Shown here piece by piece: positions 27,201 through 39,631 of a stretch of 64,000 nt of DNA (within the stretch, counting starts at the first letter, position 1; every line of letters starts with the position of its first letter). The stretch covers positions 27,032,001 through 27,096,000 of the forward strand of contig NC_082731.1 in NCBI RefSeq assembly GCF_030144855.1. Reading direction: 5' to 3'. The translations under genes and the position numbers were made by a program. Below the pieces are notes generated by a model. The model saw nothing but the letters and a program-made list of their open reading frames with translations. It was not told where the DNA came from and made no database searches. Source of the DNA: Hypanus sabinus. Taxonomy: Eukaryota.

Positions 27201-28810
27201 GCTGAGTGTATAGATATGTTATGGCATTTAGAGATTAAGGAGAAGGAAGTGTTGTACATACCAATGAGTATTAAAGTGGATAAGTCCCCATGGCCTGATG
27301 GGATTTACCCCAGGTTATTGAGTAAGATTGATCGGCCCTTAACCGGTATCTTTGATTCCTCTCGAGGCACAGGCAATTCCTCTCTGATGACTGGCAATTA
27401 GCTAATATTGTGCCTTTATTTAAGAAGGGAACAACGGAAAATCCCAGGAACTATGGAACAGGGAGTCTCACATCAGTTGTCGGGAAATATCTGGAGAAAA
27501 TTCTTAGGGATAGGATATATGAGCATGTGGAAACCCATGGCCTAACTAGGGAACACCAGTATGGCTTTGTGCAGGGCAGGTTGTGCCTTACCAACTTGAT
27601 TGAGTTTTTTGGCAAGGTGACAAGACTGACAGAGCAGCGAATGTTGTCCACATGGGTTTTAGTAAGGCGTTTGACAAAATCTCTCCTGGGAGACTCATCC
27701 AGAAGATTAGGATGCAAGGGGTCCATGGCAAATTGGATGTTTCAATTCAGAAGTAGCTTACATAGAGAAGAGTGAGGGTAGTGGTCAAAAGGACGTATTC
27801 GAGCTCCAGGTCTGTAACTTGAGGTGTTTTGCAGGGATCTGTGCTGATACTTCCATTGTTTCTGATGTACTGTATATAAATGACCTGGATAAAAATGTAA
27901 ATGGGTTGGTTAGTAAGTTTGCAGATAATGCCAAAACTCGTGGAGTTGTTGATAGTGTAGAAGACTGGCAAAGAATAGAGCATGATATAGATATGGGCAG
28001 AGAAATCGAAGATGGAGTTTAACCCAGATAAATGTGAGGTGTTGCACCTTGATAGGGCAAATGCAGGGAGACAGTACACTGTTAAGGCCAAGACCCTTAA
28101 TAGTGCTGCTGAGCAGAGAGATTTTAGGGTGCAAGTTCATAACTCCTTGAAAGCGGCTACACACGTGGATAGGGTGGTTAAGGATGCTTATGGAATGCTT
28201 GCTTTTATTAGTCGAGGCATTGAGTTCAATAGTCAAGGGGTTATGTTGTAATTTTATGGAATTCTGTTTAGGTCACATCTGGATGAATGGACACATTTCT
28301 GGTCACCCCACTATAGGAAGTATATTGAGGCTTTGGAGAGGGTGCAAAAGAGGTGTAACAGATTGCGGTCTGGTATTGAGTGAATGTACCATCATGAAAG
28401 GCTAAACAAACTTAGGTTGTTTTCTTTGGAGTTGTGGAGGTTTACAAGATTATGAGATGTGTACGTAGAGTCGACAGAGTATCTTTTCCCCAGGGTGGAA
28501 ATGTCTAACAGCGGACAGCATGCATTGAAAGTGAGAGAGGAAGGTTCAAAGGGGATGTAAGCGGTAGGTTTTATAATCAGAGAGTGGAGGATGCCTGGAA
28601 TGCACTGCCTGTTACGGTGGTGGAGGCAGATACATTAGATACTTTTACAAGACTTTTGGATAGGTACATGAATATGAGGAAAATAGATGGATATGGACAT
28701 TGTATAGGTAGGAGGGATTAGTTTTAGGGGATTTTTTATATACATTTTAGCTGGTTCAGCACAACATTGTGGGTTGAAGGGTCTGTTCCTGTCCTGTACT
28801 GTTCAATGTT
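24300..28810 (+). mobile_element. Near full-length degenerate CR1, interrupted by a Penelope insertion
   Basis: ORF1 esterase remnants at about 24600-25100, EN at about 25200 onward, RT at 27111-28405. The frame YIKNKRITRE|TREKVGLLKDK spans the insertion. Confidence 0.82.
26074..27060 (+). mobile_element. Penelope-like element fragment with GIY-YIG endonuclease and inverted terminal (pLTR-like) copies
   Basis: CKCKCYTCPY...VIYCIQCSRCGLLYIGET...RFIEHLRSV...PVATHFNS. About 26100-26365 is the reverse complement of about 26806-27060. TAACTAGAGAG/TAACTAGGGAG flank the insert. Confidence 0.88.
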
Positions 28811-29599
28811 CTGATAATCTGACTTTAGCTTCTCCCTTTCAAATTGTGGCATGAATGCTATCATAATTTGATAACTGGCTCCTAAGCGTTCCTTTACCAT
28901 GAGCTCCCAAATCAAATCTGGTTCATTACACAACACACAATCCAGAATATTTGATCACCTAGTGTGCTCGAGCACAAGCTGTTATAAAAATCCATTTCAT
29001 AGGTATTCCACAAATTCTCTCTCTTGGAATCCAAATTCAGCAACAAACCTGATTTTCCCAATCAATGACTATCATAACTTTGCTCTTTTGACACAGTAAT
29101 TTGTAGTCCACATCTTGGCTGCTGTTCGTAAATCTGTACATAACTCCCTTCAGGATGTTTATACCTTTGCACTTCCTTAACACTACCCACAGTGTTTCTA
29201 CATCTTCCATGCCAATCCCTCTGCCTACTTATCTATCCTTTTGATATCCTTGGATGTTAAGCTCCCAACTATAATCTTTATCCGGAAATCTGAAATCCAG
29301 CCCCCTGTACAAGTTACTCAACCATACTTTCATCTGCCAACTCGTTCTACTTTTATCCTCACAGGCATGTGGCACAGGCAGAAATTCAAAGATTACTGCA
29401 CTGGAAGTCCTGTTTTCAGCTTTCCAATTGAACTGCAAGGCCCCTCTGTTCCACAACACCTTCCAGGACCCTATCGTTCACTGTGGAAGTCCTACATGGT
29501 TTAAATTTCCAAAGTATTACACCTTGCACTTCCCTGAATAGAACTCCATTTGCCACTCTTCAGTCCACTTATTCAGCTGATCAAGAATCCACTGTAATT

Positions 29600-32495
29600 T
29601 TGATAACCTTCGCTCTTGACTTTACCATTTATTTTTCAGCAGGCTGCAATCATTGTGAGGGGTCATTTATTGGTGAAACAGAGCAAGGTTTAAAAAGAGC
29701 TTGGGTGTTTTCAGGACTTTACAATGGTTTGTGATCAACACAAGACGTCGTTCATTGGTGACGCAGTGTGACGTTTAAAAAGAGCTCATTTGCTTTTGGA
29801 ACTTTTTGTTGGGCTACAGTCAGTGTGAAAAGTCATTCGAGGGTGACACAGCAAAAGGCTTAAAAAGTGCTCAAGTTTTTTGGGACTGCAATCATAACAA
29901 TCTATTAGGCACTTCGCAGGGATGAATAAAAAGAGGCAAGGTGAAGGTGGAGTGGCCACTGTGTGAGTGAACAGTGTTAGAGTGGTCAGGCTTTGACTAA
30001 ACAGGCTTCCTTGAAAACTGGCGTGGGAAAACAGTCAGATGTTCTGAGTAAGTTTATAGTAAGTTTATTTTTCTGTTAGTACACACCAAATGCTCTGACA
30101 ATAGGTCCAAAGTTATAATAATAAGTATAATGCACTTGAAATAGTCGGAGGGGATTGCCTACAAGGATGCAGCCACAGCAACCTGTTCTCTGGCACCGAG
30201 TCTGTTCCAATGGCTCAGAAGGGAAGGTGAGGATGTGGAAGAGGAGTGCAGCAGTGACAGGGGATTCCATAGTCAGAGGAGCAGACAGCAGATTTCATGG
30301 ATGTGAAAGAGAGACCCAGATGGTGTGTTGCTTCACTGGTGTCAGGGTCAGGGATGTCTCAGATCAGGTCAGGAGCAACCTAAAGGGGAGAGTGAACAGC
30401 TGGAAGACAGGGTATATATTGGTAACAACAACATAGGTAGGAAAATGAGGAGGTCCTGAAGAGAGAGAATACGGAGTTAGATGGAAAGCTGAAGAACTGA
30501 ATCTCCAGGGTAGTAATCTCTAGATTGCTGCTTGTGCCGTGTATCAGTGAGGGTAAGAATAAGATGACTTGGCAGTTGATTGTGTGGCAGAAGAATTGGT
30601 GCAGGGGTTGTGTTTTAGATTTCTGGATCATTGTGATCTCTTCTGGGGAATGTATGACCTGTACAAAAAGGACAGGTTACACCTGAACCCGAGGGGGACC
30701 AATATCTTTGCAGACAGGCTTGCTAGAGCTGTTTGGGAGGGTTAAAACTAATTTGGCAGGGGGATGAGAACCAGAGTGATAGGGCTGAGGGTGGGGAAGT
30801 TGGTATACAACTAGATGTGGTGTGCAGTGAGGCTGAGAGGAAAGGACAGGCAGAACATGGGCAAATTTGAAGTCATGTGAATGAGTTAAATTGTAACGGC
30901 AGCCGAAACCAAAAAGAGTGATAAATACAGGACTGAAGGTGTTATATTGGAATGTACACAGTATATGGAATAAGGTCTTTTAGCGCAGTTAGATATTGGC
31001 AGGTATGATGTTCTCAGTATCACTGAGTTGTGGCTGAAAGAAGATCATAGTTGAGAGTTTAACATCCAAAGATACACATAGTATCAAAAGTTAGGTAGGT
31101 CGGCGGAGGGAATGAGGTGGCTCTGTTGGTAAAAAATGATATCAAAGCCTTAGAAAGAGGTGACATAGTATTGGAAGATGTAGTATTGTAGGGACAGTTA
31201 AGAAACTGCAAGGGTAAAAGGATCCTGATGGGAGTTGCATACAGACCCTTGAACAGTAGCCAGGATGAGGGATATAGGAAGATAGGAAAGTCATGTAAAA
31301 AGGGAAAAGTTACAAAAGTCATGGGGATTTCAATATGTATATAGATGGGAGAAATGAGGTTGGTGCTGGATCACAAGAGAGGAAATTTGTAGATTCGCTT
31401 GTGGTTGAGTCCAAAAGTGGAGCAGTAATTCTGGATTGGGTGTAAGGTAATGAACCAGATTTGATTTGGGAGCTTAAGGGAAAGAAACCCTTAGGAAAAA
31501 TGATTATAATATAATACAATTCACCCTGCAGTTTGAGAAGGAGAAGCTAACACAAGCTGTATCAGTGTTATAGTGCAGTAAAGGGAATTACACACACATG
31601 AGAGAGGAGCTGACTACAGTTGATTGGAAGGGGTCAGTAACAGGGATGATGGCAGAACTGAAAAGGCTCGAGTTTCTGGGAGAAATTTGAAAGGCATAGG
31701 AGAGATGCATCCCAAAGGCGAAGAAGTATTCCAAAGGAAGTATGAAACAACCATAACTATGAAAGGAAATCAAAAACAGCACAAAGGAAGTGAAAGGGCA
31801 TATTACAGCAAAAACCAACAGAATGCTTGCTATCTAATATGTGCTGTATGTAGCTTGTGCTGTGTATGATTGTTTGTACTGTGTTTTGCACCTTGTCCCT
31901 GGAGAATCACTGCTTTGTTTGTCTGTATTGATGGGCGTTTACCCCAGGATGAATCACAATAAATGAACTTAAACTGGAAATCAACTAAAAAAAAGACATA
32001 AAGGGAGGAGATGAAATATAAAGGTGAGCTAGCCAATAAATTAAATGATATCAACAGTTTTTTCAGATATATATCAAGTAAATGAGAGACCAGAGTGGAC
32101 ATTGGACCACTGGAATATTACGCTGGAAAGGTAGCAATGGGGACAAAGAAATGACAGGAGATCTTAGAAAATATTTTCTGGCAGTCTTCACTGTGGAACA
32201 CACCAGCAGAATGCCAGAACGGCAAGAGTGTTGGGGGCAGAAGTGAGTATCATTTCTATTACTAAGCGGAAGGTGCTTGGGATGTTGAAAAGTCTGAAGG
32301 CACTTAAATCACCTGGACTGGATAGGCGACACCTCAGGGCTCTGAAACAGGTAGCTGAAGAGACTGTGGAGGCATCAGCAATGATCTTTCAACAATCACT
32401 AGATTCTGAAATGGTTCCAGAGGACTGGAAAATTGCAACTGTCACGCTATTCTTTAAGAACGGACAGAGGCAGAAGAAGGGAGATTATAGGCCAG
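29600..32495 (+). mobile_element. Degenerate CR1, 5' two-thirds (5'UTR, ORF1, EN, start of RT)
   Basis: AVTGDSIVRGADSRF...VCCFTGVRVRDVS (SGNH-like ORF1); LKSPGLDRRHLRALK...VPEDWKIATVT. Confidence 0.8.
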
Positions 32496-33053
32496 GTGGT
32501 TAATAGTCAGTGCTGACTCAATGGTTAATAATGGTTAGTACAGTCTCAGTGGTTAATGGTTAGTACAGAAGCCTTGTAAATGTTCCTGGGTTTAAACATC
32601 AAAAGAGCTAAGTGTGACTACACTGCAATCTGAAGGGGAATGCAGACCTGAATCACCAGTGATTAATGTTCTTTACCAGACACTGCCTGTCTCGCTGTTT
32701 TCTGATTTTATTTTCTACGCTCTTGCACATTCTAATAGAAAATGTGACTTCCTTGGGACTCAGCCCCCGTTCATCATCAAGAATTTTTGTGACTCATTTG
32801 TGGACATGGTTGGTCTGCAATGCGAAATAATTGGACAATTTTACCCAAAAGCAACCACTGTCATTAACCATGTGGCTTTAATATAGGAAATCATCAGAAG
32901 GTGTTTCACAGGAGCATTAAGCAGCTGTCAGGTCATAGATGGAGAGGGGAAGGCAGGTGAGAAAGTGTCTGATCAGAGGAGGAATCTGGAAGCAATGCCT
33001 CAGACCAACGGGATGATGTGCTGAAATTTTTTGCACCACAACTTACTGATTCA

Positions 33054-36000
33054 TTTTATTTTTCAATCTTTTTTATTGATTTTCAAATAAAGAATATACA
33101 AATCAAAAGAGGAGATAACAAGTAGATAATATAAAAGACATGTAAACAAGAATAGTAAAAACAAAAAATATATATCAAAATCAAATAGGTAATATATTGT
33201 GTTGTTATATATACAACGGTCAGAGAGAAATTACAATTCCTCATAGCAATCGTAAAAAAAAGATTGGAAATTTTATTGATAGAGAAAGAAAAAAACCCAG
33301 TAACTAAACTGAAACAAAAAAACAGAGAAAGAAAAAAAAGAAAGAATAAGAAAGACTGGGCAGTCCAAATGAGGATAAACTTTAAAAAAAAGGAGAGAGA
33401 GAAAAAAAAACACATCCGTCCAGTCATCTCCGAATCTTCATAGACAAGGATATTCTCCAAAGTGAATAACGAAAAAAAAAAGATAAATTAAATCATGTGA
33501 AAATATTAAATAAATGGTCACCAGACTTGTTCAAAGTCAAAGGATGTATCAAATGTCCGGCTTCTAATTTTCTCCAAACTTAAACATGACATGATGAAGG
33601 AAAGTCAATAGAAAACAGTGAGTGAGTTAGATTCTTTCCAGTGTAGCACAATAGCTCTCCTAGCCAGTAAAGTTGAAAAAGCTATCACATGTTGGGCAGA
33701 AGCAGACACTTTTCTTGCTTCCTCTGGGAAAATCCCGAAAATTGCTGTAAGTGGATTAGGTTGAACATCCATATCTATAACTTTAGATAATATTCTAAAT
33801 ACATCCCTCCAAAAATTATTTAAACTTACACATGACTAAAACATATGGTTTAGAGCAGCCACTTCTGTGTTACATCTATCACAAATAGGGCATATATTAG
33901 GAAAAATATGCACCAATTTATCTTTGGTCATACTATGTACTATCTTAAACTGAATTAAAATATGGTGTGTGCAGATAGATGAATTATTAACTAAATAATA
34001 AATTTTACTCCATTGGTTATCTGAGACTGAATGTTGAAATTCTACTTCCCAGGAGCGTTGAACCCTGTCATTAGGCAATGTGCGAGCATTCATTAACTGT
34101 TTATAAATGATAGCTATTAATCGTTTTTGAAAAGGTTTAAACTGAAAAATAACATAAGCCAAATTTAAAGAGCAAATCACGGGGCAATTTGGTAAAAAAT
34201 CATTTAAGAAATTCCTAACCTGTAAATACCTGAAAAAATGTGTATTGGAGATATCATATTTATCCATTAACTGTGAAAAAGACATTAAACAGTCTTGTAA
34301 AAACAAATCTAAAAAAGTTTTTATTCCCTTAATTTTCCATGTTAGAAAAGCCTTATCCAAAGTTGATGGTTTAAAAAAGAAATTAGAATAAATATTACTA
34401 GAAAGTAAAAAATCATTTAATTCAAAAAACCTTCAAAATTAAAACCAAATTTTTAAAGTATGTTTAACAATAGGGTTAAGAGCTTGTTTACCTGTTCTGG
34501 AGAACGAAAAGGGAAAAGGAGCTCCTAATAAAGAAGCTAACGAAAACCCCACTACTGAATTTTCCTCCAGCTGTAACCATGAAGGACGATCTTGATCGTC
34601 TATATCATAAATCCAAAAAGTAATATAGCGAATATTAATTGCCCAATAATAAAATCTAAAGTTTGGTAAAGCCAGTCCTCCATCTTTTTTTTTGATTTTT
34701 GCAATAAAAGTTTATTCACTCTAGAGCTTTTATTATTCCAAACATAAGACAAAATCAGAAAGTCTATTTTATCAATAAAAGTTTTTGGAACAAAAGAGGG
34801 AACTGCTTGAAATATATATTAAACTTTTGGTAGAATAACCATTTTAATAGCATTTATTTGACCTATCAATGGCATCGACATAGGTGACCATTTGGAAAGC
34901 GCCTGTTGAGTATATTCAACTAAAGGGAAGAAATTATACCTATTTAGGTCTTTAAAAATTTTTGTAATTTAGGTACCAAGGTAAGTAAAATGGTTTTTGG
35001 CAATATTAAAAGGTATTTGATCATAATGATCAAAATAATTATTAATAGGAAATAATTCACTTTTATGTAAATTAAGTTTATATCCAGAAAAAGTACCAAA
35101 TTCCATAAATATAGATAACATAGGAATCGATTTCTTAGGATTTGTAATGTAAACTAATAAATCATCTGCGTATAATGAAAATTTATGTAATTTATCCCCT
35201 CTCCTAATACCCTGCACAGAATTGGAATCCCTAAGAGCAATAGCAAGTGGTTCTAAAGCCAAATTAAATAATAAAGGGCTAAGGGGACAGCCCTGACGGG
35301 TACCTCTACATAATCTAAAGTAAGGAGACTTTTGGTTATTAGTTAAAAGTGCAGCTATATAAATCAATTTAATCCAGGAAATAAATCCTGGACCAAAATT
35401 GAACCTCTTCAAAACCTGAAATAGATAAGGCCACTCCACCCTATCAAAGGATTTCTCCACATCTAAAGATACAATACATTCAGATTCTTTGCTGAGGGGG
35501 AATAAATGATATTTAATAATCTTCGAATATTAAAATGTGAGTACCTATTTTTAATAAATCCTGTTTGATCATGAAAGATAACATTAGGCAAGATACTCTC
35601 AAGCCTACTTGCTAGAAACTTAGAGAGGATTTTAAAATCTACATTCAGTAAAGAAATAGGTCTATAGGATACTCATTCCAGTGGGTCTTTCACTTTTTTT
35701 GGAATCAATGAAATTAGTGCTTCATAAAAAGTTTTAGGAAGGTTCCCAGAAGATGCAGAATCGGTGAACATTTGATGAAGATGTGGTATAAGCATTTCAT
35801 GAAAGGTCTTATAAAATTCTACTGTATAACCATCAGGTCCCGGAGCTTTACCTAATTGCATAGAGGATATAGCCTTGGTTATCTCCTCTTGCTTAATAGG
35901 TGCATCTAACATATCAGCATCTTGAATCGAAATTTGAAGTATGTTTAACCTCTGCAAAAATCTATTCATAGTAATATTACTATCAGAGAATTCAGATTTA

Positions 36001-39000
36001 TAAAGATTAGAATAAAAGTCCATAAATATCTTATTAATTTCATAAGGATCTAAAGATTCTGTTCTATCTGGTCAGCGAATTTTTAGAATTTGTCTTCTAA
36101 CCATCTCAGCCTTTAACTGACCCGCTAAATGTTTAGCAGATTTTTTTCCCCATGTATATAAAATAAACTTTTAGATTTAAAAATTTGTTGTTCAATGGGA
36201 AAGGTCAGAAGTAAATCATACTGTGATTGTAGTTCGACCCTTTCTTTATATAGGTCTTCAGTAGGTTTAACTGAATACGCGTTATCTATCTGTTTAATTT
36301 TATTAATAAGCACTGACTATTCTGCTTTCATTTTCTTTCTCGAGGCTGCTGAATATGAGATTATCTGTCCCCTAAAAAAAGATTTCAAGGTGTCCCATAT
36401 AACCAAATTTGACATTCCTTCAGTTGTATTAAATTAAAAAATATAGAAATTTGCTCCTTAATAAAATTAACAAAAGCTGGATCCTGTAACAAAACGGGGT
36501 TCAATCTCCACTGTGAGATTTCGAAAATCTATCCGGGAGCTTAAGGGTTATCTTTAAAGGCGCGTGATCTGAAAGCGCAATGATGTTCTACCAACATTCA
36601 ACAACGGAATTTAACAGACGTGTATCTAAAAAAAAAGTAATCAATTCGAGAATATTTATGATGGACGTGTGAGAAAAAAGATAAATCTTTATCATTGGGG
36701 TGTTTATATCTCCAAATATCGACACGGCCATATTCTAATAAAGAAGTGTTAATACAAGCGGCCGCTTTATTAGGAAGCGACTGATTGGTTGATGACCTGT
36801 CAATCGCCGGATTACGCAACAATTAAAGTCACCACCCATGATCAGTTTATATTCATTGAGTTTCAGTAACTCTGAAAAATGTTTCTTAAAAAATCAGAAT
36901 TATCTACATTAGGTGCGTATACACACACCAGAGCTACCTTTTGCTCGCATAATAAACGAGTAACAATTAAATACCTTCCAATCAAATCAGTAGTAGTATT
37001 AAGGTGTACAAAAGGGATTTTGGGACTAAGAAATATAGAAACGCCTCTTGTTTTACTATCCGACAGTGAGTGAAAAAGAGGTCCTTTCCAAAAACGAAAA
37101 GATCTATCCCCATCCTGTTTTTGTATATGATTTTCTTGCGCAAAAATATCAGCATTGTGTTTATAATTTCTTAAAAATCTTTTTACGCTTAAAGGGATGA
37201 TTGACACTGTTCCAATTCCAAGATATTATATTAATTTTATTAGCATCCATGTTTAAAATTGAGTTTAATATTATATAAAAGAAATGTTACGCAAGTACAG
37301 ATTAAACCAAAAGGCGCCGGTACAACCAGAAAGAGTGACGCATTTACGAAAGAGAAATCCATCAAAAGAATTGCCCAATCAAGAAAAAAACCTACTCTAA
37401 TAGACCCGTCCCCCCGCCCAATAGATAGAAAGGAAGGAACCAATAGGCTGTTCCCATGTTAACTAATAACATTTGACCCTGTTCTCCAGTTTGCAGCTCC
37501 ATATATAAAAAACAGCAAAAATCCCACGGAAAATAGACTTAATAAAGGGCACAAACAGAATTCAACTACTATAATGTTGTGTCTAACATTAATAAAAGCA
37601 TTATCAACAACGGCCATCTTAGAATCAGCTAAAGTAATTTAAACACATATTCAAAAGAAGGAATAAATCCGAGCAAATAATGTTACGAAGAATATTCTTT
37701 CTCTCGAAAAATAAAAATAAATAAATATATGTATATAACAGACCTAAAACTATAAGTTTTGAAACAAATAAAAAAATAAAAAGATTAATACACAATAGGT
37801 CCTACACGGACCACTAAAGTACTATACTATAGAGGTTCCCTACAAAACAGTTATATATGTGTTAATTATTAATAAGGTGAAAAAAATTAAATCGACCATG
37901 CCCCATACCAGAGAGTAAAAAGCTATAACATGTACCTAACTCAAAAGCTCCATAAACAACTCGTACAGCAGATACTTCAAAATTGCCTATTGAATAATCG
38001 GTGTAACTTTAATATTTTATTCAGTAGGCTTAATTTTAAGGTTTTTAATATAATCACATCCCTCCTGAGGAGAGTAGATTCTCAATGGTTGAGATTTTTC
38101 AGGAAAAATTATCATCTTTGCTGGAAAGCGAAGGGAGTGATTTAAATCTAATTTATACATTTCACTCATAACTTCTCGATATTTCTTTCTTCAGGCAAAG
38201 ATTTCGGGAGGATAATCTTCAACTATACGAATGTGTGTTGAATTAAAGAGTAATTTCCGTTTCTTTCTGGCTTCTTGCTTCTTTAGTCGTATAATAATGC
38301 AAAGAAAGTACAACTGCTCGAGGACGTAATTCGGCTGAATACTGAGAGAATGGAATTCTGTGAGCTCTGTCGATTAAGGGGCTAGTTTCGAGGCTCCCAT
38401 TGAAAAGTGAATACAGCATATCTGAATAGAATTTTAACAGATCTCCAGATCTATTATCTAGATCCAGATCTACTAACTAAATCAACCATTCTTTACTTCG
38501 TTTGAGATAGTTTTGAGGTAATTTCATTACTTTTCTTTTCCAGTGAATATATATCTTCATTCCTTGATCTTCAATAGTTTGCTTGGATAAATCATGATCG
38601 CTCTCAATTCGGGTTGTAGTCTGCTGAAGTGTTTGAAGTTGAGAATGCAAGTTTTTCAGCGAGTCTGGAAATCTCAATGAATGGTAGAAATAGCTTTTTT
38701 GAGCTTCCCGTTTGAACCGGTCAGCTTATCAATTTTAATATTAAGCGATCCAAATTCCGACTTCATGTCTTGTATTGAAGAAAATCTTCCCGCTAGTGTA
38801 ACAGATTCCTCCATTTTCTTGGTTTGTTCTGTTTGTTCTATTTCATGAAAAGCCTTGCCGCTTCTTAATTCAATACCAGAACGACTTTTTTCGGCCGTTG
38901 TAATTAAGTCGTGGAATCCTTCAGTAGAAATAATAAATCCTTCAGTAGAAGTAGTAAGTCATCAAAACTAAAAGGGATATATTAGTGGGGTATAAAATAT

Positions 39001-39062
39001 ATTAAAAGAGGAAGAGCCGCTAGAAACGCGACCTACTCCATATGCTGCAAAGTGGAGAATCC
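33054..39062 (-). mobile_element. Full-length (about 6.0 kb) L1/Tx1-clade LINE, inactivated
   Basis: ORF1 at about 38017-38898; ORF2 at about 33488-37250 (MDANKINIISWN...; GKAPGPDGYTVEFYK; SFDRVEW; RGTRQGCPLSPLLF; LYADD). Many stops and frameshifts. TSD TACTGATTCA (33044-33053) / TACTGACTCA (39063-39072). Confidence 0.92.
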
Positions 39063-39348
39063 TACTGACTCACCGAGACGTCAGCCACAGAGTGATGGAA
39101 GAGTGAAGGGAATGGAAATGACATCCATAAGATGGATTTAAATTAAAGTGGAAGAGAAAGACACAGACTGCAGGTTTAAATTCATCAGAATGAATCTGTG
39201 GACTTTGTTGAGGAAGCTCCTCAGACAGAGTAATTGACAGTAGGACTGGACTCCCATATGGAGGAGGGTGAGAGGAAACTCAAGAATAATTTTAGAATGA
39301 GTTCATGGGAAAACATCAGTAAAGTCCGTGTAAATTATTTAATTCATT

Positions 39349-39631
39349 TATTTATTGGCACACAGCATGGAATAGGCCCCTCTGGCCCTTCGAGCCACAC
39401 TGCCCAGGAATCCCGATTTAATCCTCGTCTCATCACAGGACAATTTACAATGGCCAATCAAAGCACCAACCGGTATGTCTTTGGACTGTGAGAGGAAACT
39501 GGAGTATCCAGTGGAAAACCACACATTATCGGGGAGAAATTACAAATTCCTTACAGGAAGCGACAGGAATTGAACCCCAGGTCGCCTGCACTGTAAAGCA
39601 TTCTGCTAACCACTACACTACCACGTCACCC
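39349..39631 (-). mobile_element. tRNA-derived SINE (partial paralogous copy at about 46866-46980)
   Basis: Minus-strand head GGTAGTGTAGTGGTTAGCAGAATGC...GGGTTCAATTCCTGTCGC (A/B-box-like), with a CR1-like 3' tail. Confidence 0.7.

Noticed and set aside
32614-32886. Paired about 90-aa ORFs at 32614 and 46330 as a duplicated gene
   Set aside because: No recognisable domain or splice structure; the similarity is explained by the segmental duplication.
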